NCBI GenBank assembly: GCA_034521935.1
Contig: JAXHLV010000006.1
Coordinates: 251,550 to 315,549, forward strand
DNA from: Roseovarius sp.
GTDB taxonomy: Bacteria; Pseudomonadota; Alphaproteobacteria; Rhodobacterales; Rhodobacteraceae
DNA: 64,000 nt
Reading direction: 5' to 3'
Below, one piece after another: positions 29,978 through 40,139 of the stretch. Under the pieces are notes generated by a model. That model saw only the letters and a list, made by a program, of their open reading frames with translations, did not search any database and was not told where the DNA came from. The position numbers were made by a program, and so were the translations under genes. How positions within the stretch are numbered: position 1 is the first letter of the stretch; each line of letters starts with the position of its first letter.

Positions 29978-32611
29978 ATGACCACCCCCACCGATCCGCT
30001 GTTTTCCAGCCAATGGCATTTCCCGCTTTTGGGCGATATCGAGACCATCTGGGACGAGTTCACCGGCGCGAACGTGTCGGTCGGCGTCTATGACGGCGCG
30101 GTGGAGGCGGCGCATCCCGATCTGGACGGCAATCACGACGCCAGCCTTCAAGTCACGGATTTCGGAGGGGTAACCGTCACCCCCGGCACGCCGGATTTTC
30201 ACGGCACCGCCGTGGCGGGCCTCATCGCGGCCGAGTCGAACGGCCTCGGCGGGGTGGGCGTGGCCTATGACGCATCCGTGACCGGCGTCGATATTTTCGA
30301 CCCGGGCGTTTTCGGCTTCATCAACGGCAGCCTGTCCGAATTCCTGCATGTCGCCGGCCAGCAGGACAATTTCGATATCGTCAACCACAGTTGGGGCAGC
30401 CTGCCGAATTTCTCCAACGGTCTCAACCTGTTGTCCAACAGTTTCGATAGCCTGGTCGAGGATGTCCACGCGGATGTGTCGGCCACCGGGCGCGGCGGGC
30501 TGGGCACGGTCATCGTGCAGGCCGCAGGCAATGACCGGTTAGATGCGAATGGCGCGGGCCTCAACGCCTCGCGCTACACCATCACCGTCGGCGCGACCGA
30601 CCCTAACGGCGATGTCGCGGATTTCTCGAATTTCGGCACCAGCGTTCTCGTCGCCGCCCCCGCAGCGGCGGTCACCACCGATGTCAGCGGGGCGGGCGGC
30701 GACGGGCCGGGCGATTTCACCGCCACGTTCGGCGGCACCTCGGCGGCGACGCCGGTCACCTCGGGGGTCATCGCGCTCATGCTCGAGGCGAATGACGGCC
30801 TGGGCTGGCGCGATGTGCAGAACATCCTCGCCCACTCCGCCACCCTCACCGGCTCGGGGCTGGGTGCCGCGCCGACGGGGTTCGAACTGGCCCCCTGGCA
30901 GACCAACGGTGCCGGCAATTCCAACGGCGGCGGGATGCATATCTCGCCCGATTACGGCTTTGGCATGGTCAACGCGTTCAACGCCGTGCGCATGGCCGAG
31001 GTCTGGCACCTGTTCGGGGACGCGCGCACCTCCGCGAACGAGACCAGCGCCAGCGGATCGCGGTTCGCGGGCGTGACCCTGCCGGATGGCGACCCGACCG
31101 GGCAAAGCTTCACCATCACCGTGAGCGGCAATGTGGAGATCGAGCATGTCGCGCTCACCCTCTTCATGGACGTGGATTTCATCGGCGACCTGTCGATCAC
31201 GGTCACCTCGCCCGACGGCACGGTGATCGAGGTGCTGACGCCGACCTTCGCCACCAGCACCAGCGTCAACGGCGGCTGGCAATTCGGCATCGATCATTTG
31301 CGCGGCGAGTCCTCTGCGGGCACATGGACTGTTCATGTCGCCGACAATTTCAATGCCGACACCACCGTCATCAATTCCATCGGGATCGACGCGTTCGGTG
31401 CCGCCAACGACGCGAACGACACCTACCATTTCACCGACGAGTTCCTGACCCTCGCCGCGCAGGACGCCGCGCGGCGCACCATATCCGATACCAACGGCGG
31501 CACCGATTGGCTCAATCTCGCGGCGGTGACCGGCGCTGTCTCGATCTTCGGCGGCGCGGCCTCGGTGGATGGCGCGGGTTGGTTCGATTTCGACCGTGAC
31601 CTGATCGAGAATATCGTCTCGGGCGACGGCAACGACCAGATCGGCGGCAGCGACGGGAACAACCACATCCTCGGGATGCGCGGCGACGACACGCTTTTCG
31701 GGCTCGCGGGCAACGACACGCTCGAAGGCGGGGCCGGCAATGACCTGCTCGGCGGCGGCGCGGGCAATGACAGCCTGATTGGCGGCGACGGCGCTGATCA
31801 GGTGTTCGGTGCAAATGGCGATGACACGCTCGAAGGCGGGGCGGGCGACGATGTCCTCGGCGGCACGGGCGGCAATGACAGTATCGACGGCGGTGACGGC
31901 AATGACGGGCTCTGGGGCGCGCTCGGCAACGACACCGTTCTCGGCGGGGCGGGCAACGATACGCTTGGCCTTTTCGACGGCGATGATCGCGGTGAGGGCG
32001 GTCTCGGCGACGACGAGATATGGGGCGCGCTCGGTAACGACACCCTCATCGGCGGCGAGGGCAACGACACCCTCGGCGGCTCTGATGGCGATGACCGGCT
32101 GTTCGGCGACGGCGGCGGTGACGAGCTCTGGGGCGGCCTCGGCGCCGACAGCCTCGAAGGCGGCGCAGGCAACGATCAGTTGGGCGGCTTCGACGGCAAC
32201 GACACCCTGCTCGGCGGCGACGGCAACGATACGCTCTCGGGCGGGCGCGGCGATGACCGGATGAGCGGCGATGCCGGCGACGACATCCTCTTCGGGGCCT
32301 CGGGCAACGATTTTCTCACCGGCGGCGCGGGCAACGACACGCTTTACGGCGGTGATGGGGCGGACGAGTTCTTTTTCACGCTTGGCAGCGACACCGACCT
32401 CGTGATGGATTTCGACGCGTCCGAGGGCGACCGGCTCGTTCTGGCCGAGACGCTCTGGGGCGGCGGGCTGAGCGCGGCGCAGGTGGTGGATGGCTTCGCC
32501 TCGGTCAACGCGGCGGGCAATGTCGAGTTCGATTTCGGGGCCGACCAGCTCGAGCTTGCGGGCCTTGGATCAACCACCGGGCTGGAGACAAGCATCGACA
32601 TTTTCGTGTGA
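29978..32611 (+). CDS. Secreted S8 subtilase with P-domain and RTX Ca-binding repeats
   Basis: VGVYDG, HGTAVAG, AAGND, GGTSAATP catalytic motifs; proprotein convertase P-domain; many GGxGND nonapeptides. Confidence 0.9.
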   Translation: MTTPTDPLFSSQWHFPLLGDIETIWDEFTGANVSVGVYDGAVEAAHPDLDGNHDASLQVTDFGGVTVTPGTPDFHGTAVAGLIAAESNGLGGVGVAYDASVTGVDIFDPGVFGFINGSLSEFLHVAGQQDNFDIVNHSWGSLPNFSNGLNLLSNSFDSLVEDVHADVSATGRGGLGTVIVQAAGNDRLDANGAGLNASRYTITVGATDPNGDVADFSNFGTSVLVAAPAAAVTTDVSGAGGDGPGDFTATFGGTSAATPVTSGVIALMLEANDGLGWRDVQNILAHSATLTGSGLGAAPTGFELAPWQTNGAGNSNGGGMHISPDYGFGMVNAFNAVRMAEVWHLFGDARTSANETSASGSRFAGVTLPDGDPTGQSFTITVSGNVEIEHVALTLFMDVDFIGDLSITVTSPDGTVIEVLTPTFATSTSVNGGWQFGIDHLRGESSAGTWTVHVADNFNADTTVINSIGIDAFGAANDANDTYHFTDEFLTLAAQDAARRTISDTNGGTDWLNLAAVTGAVSIFGGAASVDGAGWFDFDRDLIENIVSGDGNDQIGGSDGNNHILGMRGDDTLFGLAGNDTLEGGAGNDLLGGGAGNDSLIGGDGADQVFGANGDDTLEGGAGDDVLGGTGGNDSIDGGDGNDGLWGALGNDTVLGGAGNDTLGLFDGDDRGEGGLGDDEIWGALGNDTLIGGEGNDTLGGSDGDDRLFGDGGGDELWGGLGADSLEGGAGNDQLGGFDGNDTLLGGDGNDTLSGGRGDDRMSGDAGDDILFGASGNDFLTGGAGNDTLYGGDGADEFFFTLGSDTDLVMDFDASEGDRLVLAETLWGGGLSAAQVVDGFASVNAAGNVEFDFGADQLELAGLGSTTGLETSIDIFV

Positions 32612-32663
32612 CAGGCGGGGGCGGGCAGGGGGCGCGCCCTCCCCTCATCCGCGCCCCCACGCC

Positions 32664-32687
32664 GTAGGCCGGGCTTCAGCCCGGCAC
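32664..32687. repeat. GTAG-headed REP-like hairpin
   Basis: gtaggccgggcttcagcccggcac. Confidence 0.6.
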
Positions 32688-32694
32688 ACCCCCC

Positions 32695-32718
32695 GTCATC
32701 CTCGGACCCGAGGATGAC
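32695..32718. repeat. Collapsed RPE-like palindrome
   Basis: gtcatcctcgg-ac-ccgaggatgac. Confidence 0.6.
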
Positions 32719-32736
32719 GGCGAAACGACCGCGCGG

Positions 32737-34370
32737 TCAGTCCGCCGGCGCGGGCGGCGGCACATACCCCTCGGGATCGTCCTGCCACTTGCGCCATTGG
32801 GTGTCGAAGCCGTGCTCGCCAAAATGCAGCAATTCCCAATCCGGCCAATGGGCCGGGCGCTCCACGCCCTCGGGCAGGATCACGCTGGCATCGCCGAACA
32901 TGGCATTGACCTGCTCTTGCGCAAAGGGCACCGTCGCTGTAATCGACACGCCTAAGTGCAGCGCCGCGCAGCAAGTCTGCGTCTGAGGTTTTTCGCCCCC
33001 TCCATCCGCGCCGCGCCGAGGTCCGCCCCCTCCATCCGCGCCCCGAAGAGGTCCGCCCCCTCCATCCGCGCTCCGCAGAGGTTCGCCCCCTCCATCCGCG
33101 CCCATCTGAGGGCTGCTCCCTCCATCCGCGCCTCGGCGAGGTCCTGCCCCCTCCATGCGCGCCTCGATGAGGTCCGCCCCCTCCATCCGCGCCTCGCTGA
33201 GGTCCGCCCCCTCCATCAGCGCCCATCGGAGGTCCGCCCCCTCCATTCGCGCTCCGTCGAAGACCGCCCCCTCCATCCGCGCCCATAGGAGCTTGGCCCC
33301 TTCCATCCTCGCGCGGAAGAGTTCAGCACCCTCCAACCGCACCTCGATGAGTGCCGGCCCCCTCGATCCGCGCCTCTTGCAAGAGCGCGCCGGAAAACAC
33401 CGCGTCGGAGGCGTCGGGACGTTTGGCCGTGAGGTCGGACCCGTTGCAGGTTGGCGTCGCGCAGGTCGATCCGGTAACCGGAATAGTTGCGCACGGTGCT
33501 CTGCCATGCCTCCAGCTTTTCCTTGAAGGCGGAAATCTCGGTGCCGGTCAGCGGCGCGTCATCCGTGCCTTTGCGCAATTCGGGGCAGGGGGTGTCGAAG
33601 GGCCAGACGGTGGTCGCCTCCGGGGCCTCGGGCCAGGCGGCCTCGACCAATCGCTGTTCCGCCGTGCGGCGGCCCAGCACCTGTAACGCGACAGCGATAT
33701 CGGCGCGGGGCATGGGCAGGCTTTGCGCCCATTGCTGCACGTTGCTGTTGAAGAGATTGGCGAAGCGCACCACACGCCACGCCGCATGCTCTTTGCGGGC
33801 CTCTTCGTCGGCGTCGTCCGCCAGCGGTTCCCACTCCGGCAGGGGGAAATCCACCGGCCTCCGCGCGTTGGAATTCTCCCGCACATAGGCGCACAAAATC
33901 TCCATCACCCGCACATGGTCGCGCCCCTTGTCGTGCATCGTCGAATCCTGCGCGATGCGTTCCAGCGACAGGATCGCGCCGATGCGCACCTCGATATTGG
34001 GCGCGGTGGTTTCCTCGCCGCCGGTCTTGACCGTCTTCTCCGCCCCCAACTGCTCCACCGCCGATGTGATCCGGTCGGTGATATGCCCCTCCTTCTGATA
34101 GCGCAGCGTTTGATGCCGCAGCACCGTCCCCCAGATCACGAAGGGCGCGCCCAGCAGCGCGGCGATGAGCGCCCCCGTGCCGAGGCTTGCCGCGCCCCCG
34201 CCAAAGACAACGCGATAGACAATCGCAAAGGCGGCGACATACGCCCCGGCGATCAGCAGCGCGATGAACACCGCCACGCCCGGCCCGAGGACCCGCGTCA
34301 CCCGCCAGTCGGGTGCGCCCTTGATCCCCATCCAGTCGAGCAGATCGCTCGGCGGCTTCCTGTCGTCCAT
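32737..34370 (-). CDS. Membrane-anchored pentapeptide-repeat protein (several apparent frameshifts)
   Basis: N-terminal TM helices, TDRIT.AVEQLG and EVRIGAILSLERIA motifs, then ADLxxARMEG repeats continuing in shifting frames. Confidence 0.75.
32987..33390. repeat. Coding tandem repeat, about 13 x 30 bp
   Basis: Unit aggtccgccccctccatccgcgc plus a variable segment; encodes A(D/N)LxxARMEG. Confidence 0.85.
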
Positions 34371-34602
34371 CTCTGACCTTCCCTCGACCGTGCCCCAACC
34401 TTGGCCGGGTCGGGGCGCGCAGGCAAGGGGGGCGTCGGGGGGGTATGCACCCCATCCGTTACCCGTCCGTTACCGCCCCGTCCCCCCACCGCGCGCCGCC
34501 CCGCGCAAACCGGTCGGTTCGCGCGCTGAACCGGTCGGTTGCGAGGGCTGAGGGAATGCCTTAGACCGCGCCTTGACATCGTTTGACCGAGGAACCCCGC
34601 CC

Positions 34603-35958
34603 ATGCGTCTGAGCCGCTATTTCCTGCCCGTTCTCAAGGAAACCCCCGCCGAGGCGCAGATCGCCAGCCACCGGCTGATGCTGCGCGCGGGCATGATCAA
34701 GCAGGCCACGGCGGGCATTTACTCGTGGCTGCCTCTGGGCTTCAAGGTGTTGAGAAAGCTGGAAAATATCGTCCACGAGGAACAGGCGCGCGCAGGCCAT
34801 ATCCCGATCCAGATGCCGATCCTGCAATCGGCTGACCTGTGGCGCGAGAGCGGGCGCTACGACGATTACGGCGCGGAAATGCTGCGCATGACCGACCGCC
34901 ACGGCCGCGACCTGCTCTATACGCCCACCGCCGAGGAGCTGGTCACGGATATTTTTCGTTCCCACGTAAGCACTTACCGGGATTTGCCGCTGACGCTTTA
35001 CCAGATCCAGTGGAAGTTCCGCGACGAGGTGCGCCCCCGTTTCGGCGTCATGCGGGGCCGCGAATTCCTGATGAAGGACGGCTACAACTTTGATTTGACG
35101 AAAGAAGATGCGCTGCACAGCTACAACCGCCACCTCGTGAGCTACCTGCGCACCTACGAGCGGATGGGCCTTCAGGCCATCCCGATGCGCGCCGATTCCG
35201 GCCCCATCGGCGGCGACGACACCCATGAATTTCTGGTTCTGGCAGAGACCGGCGAGTCCGAGGTGTTCTATGACAGCGCCATCACCGACCTGAAATTCGG
35301 CGACCGCGAGATCGACTACGACGATCCCGCGCAGTGCCAGGCGGTGCTCGAGGAGTTCACCTCGCGCTATGCCCGCACCGACGAGACCCATGACGAGACG
35401 GTCTTCAACGAGGTGCCCGAGGCCCGCCGCCGGGTGGCGCGCGGGATCGAGGTGGGGCAGATTTTCTATTTCGGAACAAAGTATTCCGAGCCGATGGGCG
35501 CCACCGTGCAGGGCCCTGACGGCAAGCCGGTGCCGGTCCACATGGGCAGCCACGGCATCGGCGTCTCGCGCCTTGTGGGGGCGATCATCGAGGCGAGCCA
35601 TGACGAGCGCGGCATCATCTGGCCCGAGGGGGTGACTCCCTTTCATGCCGGTATCGTCAACCTCAAGCAAGGCGACGCGCAGGCAGACGCCGCTTGCGAG
35701 AGGCTTTACGCTGCGCTCGCCGCACGGGGCCTCGAGCCGCTCTACGACGACCGCGACGAGCGCGCGGGCGGCAAGTTCGCGACGATGGACCTCATCGGCC
35801 TGCCGTGGCGCATCACCGTGGGGCCGCGGGGGCTCAAGAACGGCGTGGTGGAACTCACCTCGCGCCGCACGGGCGAGAGCGAGGAAATGCCCCCCGAGGA
35901 CGCGGTGGAGCGGCTGGCCGCGATCTATGCAGGCCACGTCCTGCGCCCCTGCTTCTGA
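34603..35958 (+). CDS. proS: Proline--tRNA ligase
   Basis: [46 protein letters not shown]. Confidence 0.97.
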   Translation: MRLSRYFLPVLKETPAEAQIASHRLMLRAGMIKQATAGIYSWLPLGFKVLRKLENIVHEEQARAGHIPIQMPILQSADLWRESGRYDDYGAEMLRMTDRHGRDLLYTPTAEELVTDIFRSHVSTYRDLPLTLYQIQWKFRDEVRPRFGVMRGREFLMKDGYNFDLTKEDALHSYNRHLVSYLRTYERMGLQAIPMRADSGPIGGDDTHEFLVLAETGESEVFYDSAITDLKFGDREIDYDDPAQCQAVLEEFTSRYARTDETHDETVFNEVPEARRRVARGIEVGQIFYFGTKYSEPMGATVQGPDGKPVPVHMGSHGIGVSRLVGAIIEASHDERGIIWPEGVTPFHAGIVNLKQGDAQADAACERLYAALAARGLEPLYDDRDERAGGKFATMDLIGLPWRITVGPRGLKNGVVELTSRRTGESEEMPPEDAVERLAAIYAGHVLRPCF

Positions 35959-36023
35959 GCGGATATCGAGGGGGCAATCCCCCCTTGACCCCGGCGCACG
36001 GATCGCGCAAACGGGCCAATATC

Positions 36024-36099
<76 letters not shown>

Positions 36100-36150
36100 T
36101 CCCGCACTGTTGGTTTGAAATTTCCGCTAACACCTTGAATGGAAAGGTAG

Positions 36151-36195
36151 TGAGCTACCCCCCGAAATTCGGACACTGACTTAAGCTACGATTTG
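36151..36195. mobile_element. Orphan IS3-like terminal inverted-repeat remnant
   Basis: TGAGCTACCCCCCGAAATTCGGACA resembles IS3-family ends; no transposase adjacent. Confidence 0.45.
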
Positions 36196-36237
36196 CAGTC
36201 TGCTGATCTTCGACAAGAAGGAGATCAGCATAAGACA

Positions 36238-36276
36238 AGCGGGGTGCGTGAATGCAAATGAACGCGACGTGCTCGA
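36238..36276. repeat. RIME-like half element (reverse orientation)
   Basis: gcgtgaatgcaaatgaacgcgac is close to the reverse complement of the palindrome core at 49219-49241. Confidence 0.65.
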
Positions 36277-36290
36277 ACGCGCTGCCCCGG

Positions 36291-37628
36291 TCAGGGCTCG
36301 CCGCCGTCTTCCCCGTGTCCGCGCTCGCGCGCGCTGGGATGCGCCGAGGCGACGAACGGCACCTCCGACACGACCGCCGACACCGATTTGCCCGATGTCT
36401 CCTGATACATCTCGGGCAACTCCACCCGCAGCCGCGTGCCGATGGCGGATTTGCTCCACGGCACGTAGGCCAACGCGATGTTCTGCTCCAGATCGGGGGA
36501 ATACCACGGCGAGGTGACATAGCCGCAGCGGATATCGTTCTCGTCCCCCACCAGCCAGAAATCCGGCGCGTAATCGGTAATGGGCAGCCCGCCCATTTTG
36601 AGCCCCACGAGCTTCAGCGCGAAGGGATAGCGCCCCGCCTCGATCCCGGCGCGATGCGCCTCGAGCGCGGCCTTGCCGATATAGTCGGCGGATTTGTTGC
36701 GCGGCACCTGATAGGCAAGGTTGACCTGAAACGGCGAGGTCTCGGCGTCCATGTCCTGCCCCCAGGAGAGGATTCCCGCCGCGATCCGGCGATGGTGACC
36801 GGGCGCGATCACCCGCAAGCCATAATGCGCGCCAATGCCGCGCAGCGCATACCAGACGTGCTCGGCGGTCTTCGAGGCGTCGCGCACGTAGATCTCGTAG
36901 CCCTTCTCGCCGCTGAACCCGGTCTGGCTGATGACCACGGGGCAGCCGTCGATCTGCGCCTCCATCAGCCCGTAATAGGGAATTTCGCGCAGCCGCTCGC
37001 CCAGCAGATCGGCCATAAGCTCCTCGGAAAGCGGCCCCTGCACCTGCAATGGCGCCACGTCCAGCTCGCGGATATCGATATCCCAGCGTCGCGGCGTGTT
37101 GACCCCCTGCAACCACAGCAGCAGGTCGCTGTCGGAGATCGAGAACCAGAATTCATCCTCCGCCAGACGCAGCAGAACCGGGTCGTTGAGAATACCGCCC
37201 GCCTCGTTGCACAGGATGCAGTATTTGCCATGCATCGGCTTGATGCGCGTGGCGTCGCGGGTGATGACGGTGTTGACGAAATCCTCCGCATCGGGGCCCT
37301 TCACGCGGATCTGCCGCTCCACCGCGACGTTCCACAGGGTCACGCCGTTGACCAGCGCGCGGTATTCCGCCATCGCGCCGCCATCCTCGGGCCTTGCATA
37401 GCCGCGCGGGTGATACATGCGGTTATAGACCGTCGCGCGCCAGGCCCCGGCCTCGATCGACAGGTGCCAGAACGGCGATTTGCGCACGCGGGTCGAGATC
37501 AGCATCTGCACCGGCGTGGGGCCGGATTGGCGCAGGTTCGCGGGAACCGTCCGGTCCGACTGATCCACGCCGGGAACATTGGGGTGGCTGCGACTTGTCC
37601 GTGTCATGCCTTCAAAATGGGCATTCAT
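36291..37628 (-). CDS. GcvT/DmdA-like THF-dependent aminomethyltransferase/demethylase
   Basis: RVRKSPF, TVYN.MY.P, WNVAVERQI, ILNDPVLLRL, QTGFSGEKGYEIY, VTS..YSP. Confidence 0.8.
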   Translation of the reverse strand: MNAHFEGMTRTSRSHPNVPGVDQSDRTVPANLRQSGPTPVQMLISTRVRKSPFWHLSIEAGAWRATVYNRMYHPRGYARPEDGGAMAEYRALVNGVTLWNVAVERQIRVKGPDAEDFVNTVITRDATRIKPMHGKYCILCNEAGGILNDPVLLRLAEDEFWFSISDSDLLLWLQGVNTPRRWDIDIRELDVAPLQVQGPLSEELMADLLGERLREIPYYGLMEAQIDGCPVVISQTGFSGEKGYEIYVRDASKTAEHVWYALRGIGAHYGLRVIAPGHHRRIAAGILSWGQDMDAETSPFQVNLAYQVPRNKSADYIGKAALEAHRAGIEAGRYPFALKLVGLKMGGLPITDYAPDFWLVGDENDIRCGYVTSPWYSPDLEQNIALAYVPWSKSAIGTRLRVELPEMYQETSGKSVSAVVSEVPFVASAHPSARERGHGEDGGEP

Positions 37629-37684
37629 GCGGCGGGATCAACCGGCGCGCCGCTCGCGTGCCGATCACGACACCGTGTCCGCCT

Positions 37685-37981
37685 TCAGGGCTTCAGCGCC
37701 TCGACGATCCGGCCTGACAGCCCCGCATCATCGCCCGGGGATGACCCGCCGCTCATCCGCGCGATCAGTCCGCGCACCCGGTCCGTGGCCTCGAATGTCG
37801 AGACAAAGGCCACCGCCTCCTGCATCCGCGCGTGAACCCGGGGCGCAAGCTGCGGCTCTTGCCAGATCGCCACGCCGACGCAGGTGACGAGCGCCACCCC
37901 AACCGGCCAGGCCCAGACCCGCGCGCGCCGCGCCCGCGCGGCGCGAATTTCCGCCGGTGGCGGCGTGGTATGATACGACAT
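37685..37981 (-). CDS. Hypothetical single-TM protein
   Basis: AGGA RBS and one hydrophobic helix; co-oriented with its neighbours. Confidence 0.5.
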   Translation of the reverse strand: MSYHTTPPPAEIRAARARRARVWAWPVGVALVTCVGVAIWQEPQLAPRVHARMQEAVAFVSTFEATDRVRGLIARMSGGSSPGDDAGLSGRIVEALKP

Positions 37982-38049
37982 GATCATTCCTACAGGCTGC
38001 CACCCTTCGGTGGCGGCACTGCGGCGAAGACGCGGCGCGCGAATGGCCC

Positions 38050-38841
38050 TCAGAGGTTCTCGGCCTGCGGCATGCCGAGGACGTGATAGCCGCCGTCGAT
38101 ATGGATGATCTCGCCGCTGGTGCAGGCGCCCGCATCGGAGGCGAGCCAGACCGCCGTGCCGCCGATCGCCTCGAGCGTGGCGTTGGCGCGCAGGGGCGCA
38201 TTCGCCTCGGTATGCTTGAAGGTCTTGCGCGCGCCGCCGATGGCCGCGCCCGCCAGCGTCCGCATCGGGCCGGGGCTGAGCGCGTTGACGCGGATGCCGT
38301 CGGGGCCGAGATCGTTGGCGAGGTAGCGCGTCGTCGCCTCGAGCGCCGCCTTGGCCACGCCCATGACGTTGTAATTGGGCACCACCTTGTTCGACCCCTG
38401 ATAGGTCAGCGTCAGCAACGTGCCACCCTGCGCCTTCATCAGAGGGTAGGCGCGGCGCGCCACCTCGATGAAGGAATAGGTGGAGATATCCAGCGACTGC
38501 TTGAAATTCGCGCGGGAGGTGTTGAGGAACCGACCCGTCAGTTCCGACTTGTCGGAATAGGCGATGGCGTGGACCACGAAATCAATGGTCGGCCAGCGCT
38601 CGGCCAGCGTGCCGAAGGCCGCGCCGAGCGAGGCGTCGTCGGACACGTCCACGTCGAGCAGGATGTCCGACCCGAGGCTTTCAGCCAGGGGCTCCACGCG
38701 CTTGCCGAACGCCTCGCCCTGGTAGGTAAAGGCCAGTTCCGCCCCCGCCGCGCGCATCTCGCGCGCGATGCCCCAGGCGATGGAGCGGTCATTGGCCACC
38801 CCCATGATCAGCCCGCGCTTGCCCTGCAACGAAATCGTCAT
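38050..38841 (-). CDS. fabI: Enoyl-ACP reductase
   Basis: GVANDRSIAWGIA, YNVMGVAKAALE, GPMRTLA. Confidence 0.92.
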   Translation of the reverse strand: MTISLQGKRGLIMGVANDRSIAWGIAREMRAAGAELAFTYQGEAFGKRVEPLAESLGSDILLDVDVSDDASLGAAFGTLAERWPTIDFVVHAIAYSDKSELTGRFLNTSRANFKQSLDISTYSFIEVARRAYPLMKAQGGTLLTLTYQGSNKVVPNYNVMGVAKAALEATTRYLANDLGPDGIRVNALSPGPMRTLAGAAIGGARKTFKHTEANAPLRANATLEAIGGTAVWLASDAGACTSGEIIHIDGGYHVLGMPQAENL

Positions 38842-38848
38842 GTGCCTG

Positions 38849-40078
38849 TCATTCCCGGTAATTGCTCAGCAGCATGGCCCCGTTGGTGCCGCCGAAGCCG
38901 AAGCTGTTGGTCATCACCGTGTCGAGCCCGGCCGCGTCCACCCGCGCGGTGGCGATCTCGCCCTCGTCGAGCGCAGGGTCGAGCGTCTCGACGTTGATCG
39001 AGGGGATGATGAAATCGTGCTCGAGCGCCAGCAGGCAATAGATCGCCTCCTGCGCGCCGGTGGCCCCCTGGCTGTGGCCGGTCATCGACTTGGTCGAGCT
39101 GATCGGCGGCGTCGTGCCGTGCCCGAAGATGCGACGCACGGCCTCGACCTCACCCACGTCGCCCACCGGGGTGGAGGTGCCATGCGCATTGATATAGCTC
39201 ACCTCGCGGCCCGTGGGCAGCGTCGACAGCGCCAGCCGCATCGCCCGCTCGCCGCCCTCGCCCGAGGGGGCCACCATGTCCTCGCCGTCGGAGGTGGCCC
39301 CGTATCCCGTGACCTCGGCATAGATTTTCGCGCCGCGCGCGATGGCGTGGTCGAGATCCTCGAGCACCACGATCCCACCGCCCCCCGAGATCACGAACCC
39401 GTCGCGCCCCTCGTCGAAGGCGCGGCTGGCGCGGTCGGGCGTGTCATTGTATTTCGACGACATCGCCCCCATCGCGTCGAAGAGGCACGACAGCGTCCAG
39501 TCGAGTTCTTCGCCACCGCCGGCGAACATCACGTCCTGCTTGCCCATCATGATCTGCTCGGCGGCATTGCCGATGCAATGCAGCGAGGTCGAGCAGGCCG
39601 ACGTGATGGAATAGTTGATCCCCTTGATGCGGAAGGCGGTCGAAAGATTGGCCGAGATCGTCGAGCACATGGTCTTCGGGACGGCGAAAGGGCCGATTCG
39701 CTTGGTCGAGCCGGTCTTGAGCACGATCTGGTGCGCCGCGAGCATTGCGCTTGTCGACGGCCCCCCCGACCCGGCAATGAGCCCGGTGCGCGGGTTGACG
39801 ATATCGCCCTCGTCAAGTCCGGCATCGGCGATGGCCTGGGTCATGGCAATATGGGCATAGGCCGCGCCCGGCCCCATGAAGCGCAGCGTGCGCTTGTCCA
39901 CATGCTTGGCCACGTCGATATCGAGCGCGCCCGCCACACGGCTGCGAAAGCCATGCTCGGCCATCGCGTCGTTGGCGGTGATCCCCGACCGCCCTGCCTT
40001 GAGAGAGGCCAGAACCTCTCCGGCGTTGTTGCCGATGCTGGAGACAATCCCCAGACCGGTCACCACGACTCGCCGCAT
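38849..40078 (-). CDS. fabB: Beta-ketoacyl-ACP synthase I
   Basis: MRRVVVTGLG, SITSACSTS, NAHGTST, KSMTGHS, NSFGFGGTN. Confidence 0.92.
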   Translation of the reverse strand: MRRVVVTGLGIVSSIGNNAGEVLASLKAGRSGITANDAMAEHGFRSRVAGALDIDVAKHVDKRTLRFMGPGAAYAHIAMTQAIADAGLDEGDIVNPRTGLIAGSGGPSTSAMLAAHQIVLKTGSTKRIGPFAVPKTMCSTISANLSTAFRIKGINYSITSACSTSLHCIGNAAEQIMMGKQDVMFAGGGEELDWTLSCLFDAMGAMSSKYNDTPDRASRAFDEGRDGFVISGGGGIVVLEDLDHAIARGAKIYAEVTGYGATSDGEDMVAPSGEGGERAMRLALSTLPTGREVSYINAHGTSTPVGDVGEVEAVRRIFGHGTTPPISSTKSMTGHSQGATGAQEAIYCLLALEHDFIIPSINVETLDPALDEGEIATARVDAAGLDTVMTNSFGFGGTNGAMLLSNYRE

Positions 40079-40139
40079 TGCCGTCCTCCTGTCTGCGCCT
40101 GGTCCTTGTGTAGGACAGGCGGGTATACGGGGCAAGCGG

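Noticed and set aside
31620-32370. Quasi-tandem GGCGGC..GGCAACGAC repeats
   Set aside because: These are ordinary RTX nonapeptide codons inside the protease.
32987-33390. Regular repeat array that could be taken for a CRISPR
   Set aside because: The period is 30 bp with only about 6 variable bases, it encodes pentapeptide repeats, and there are no cas genes.
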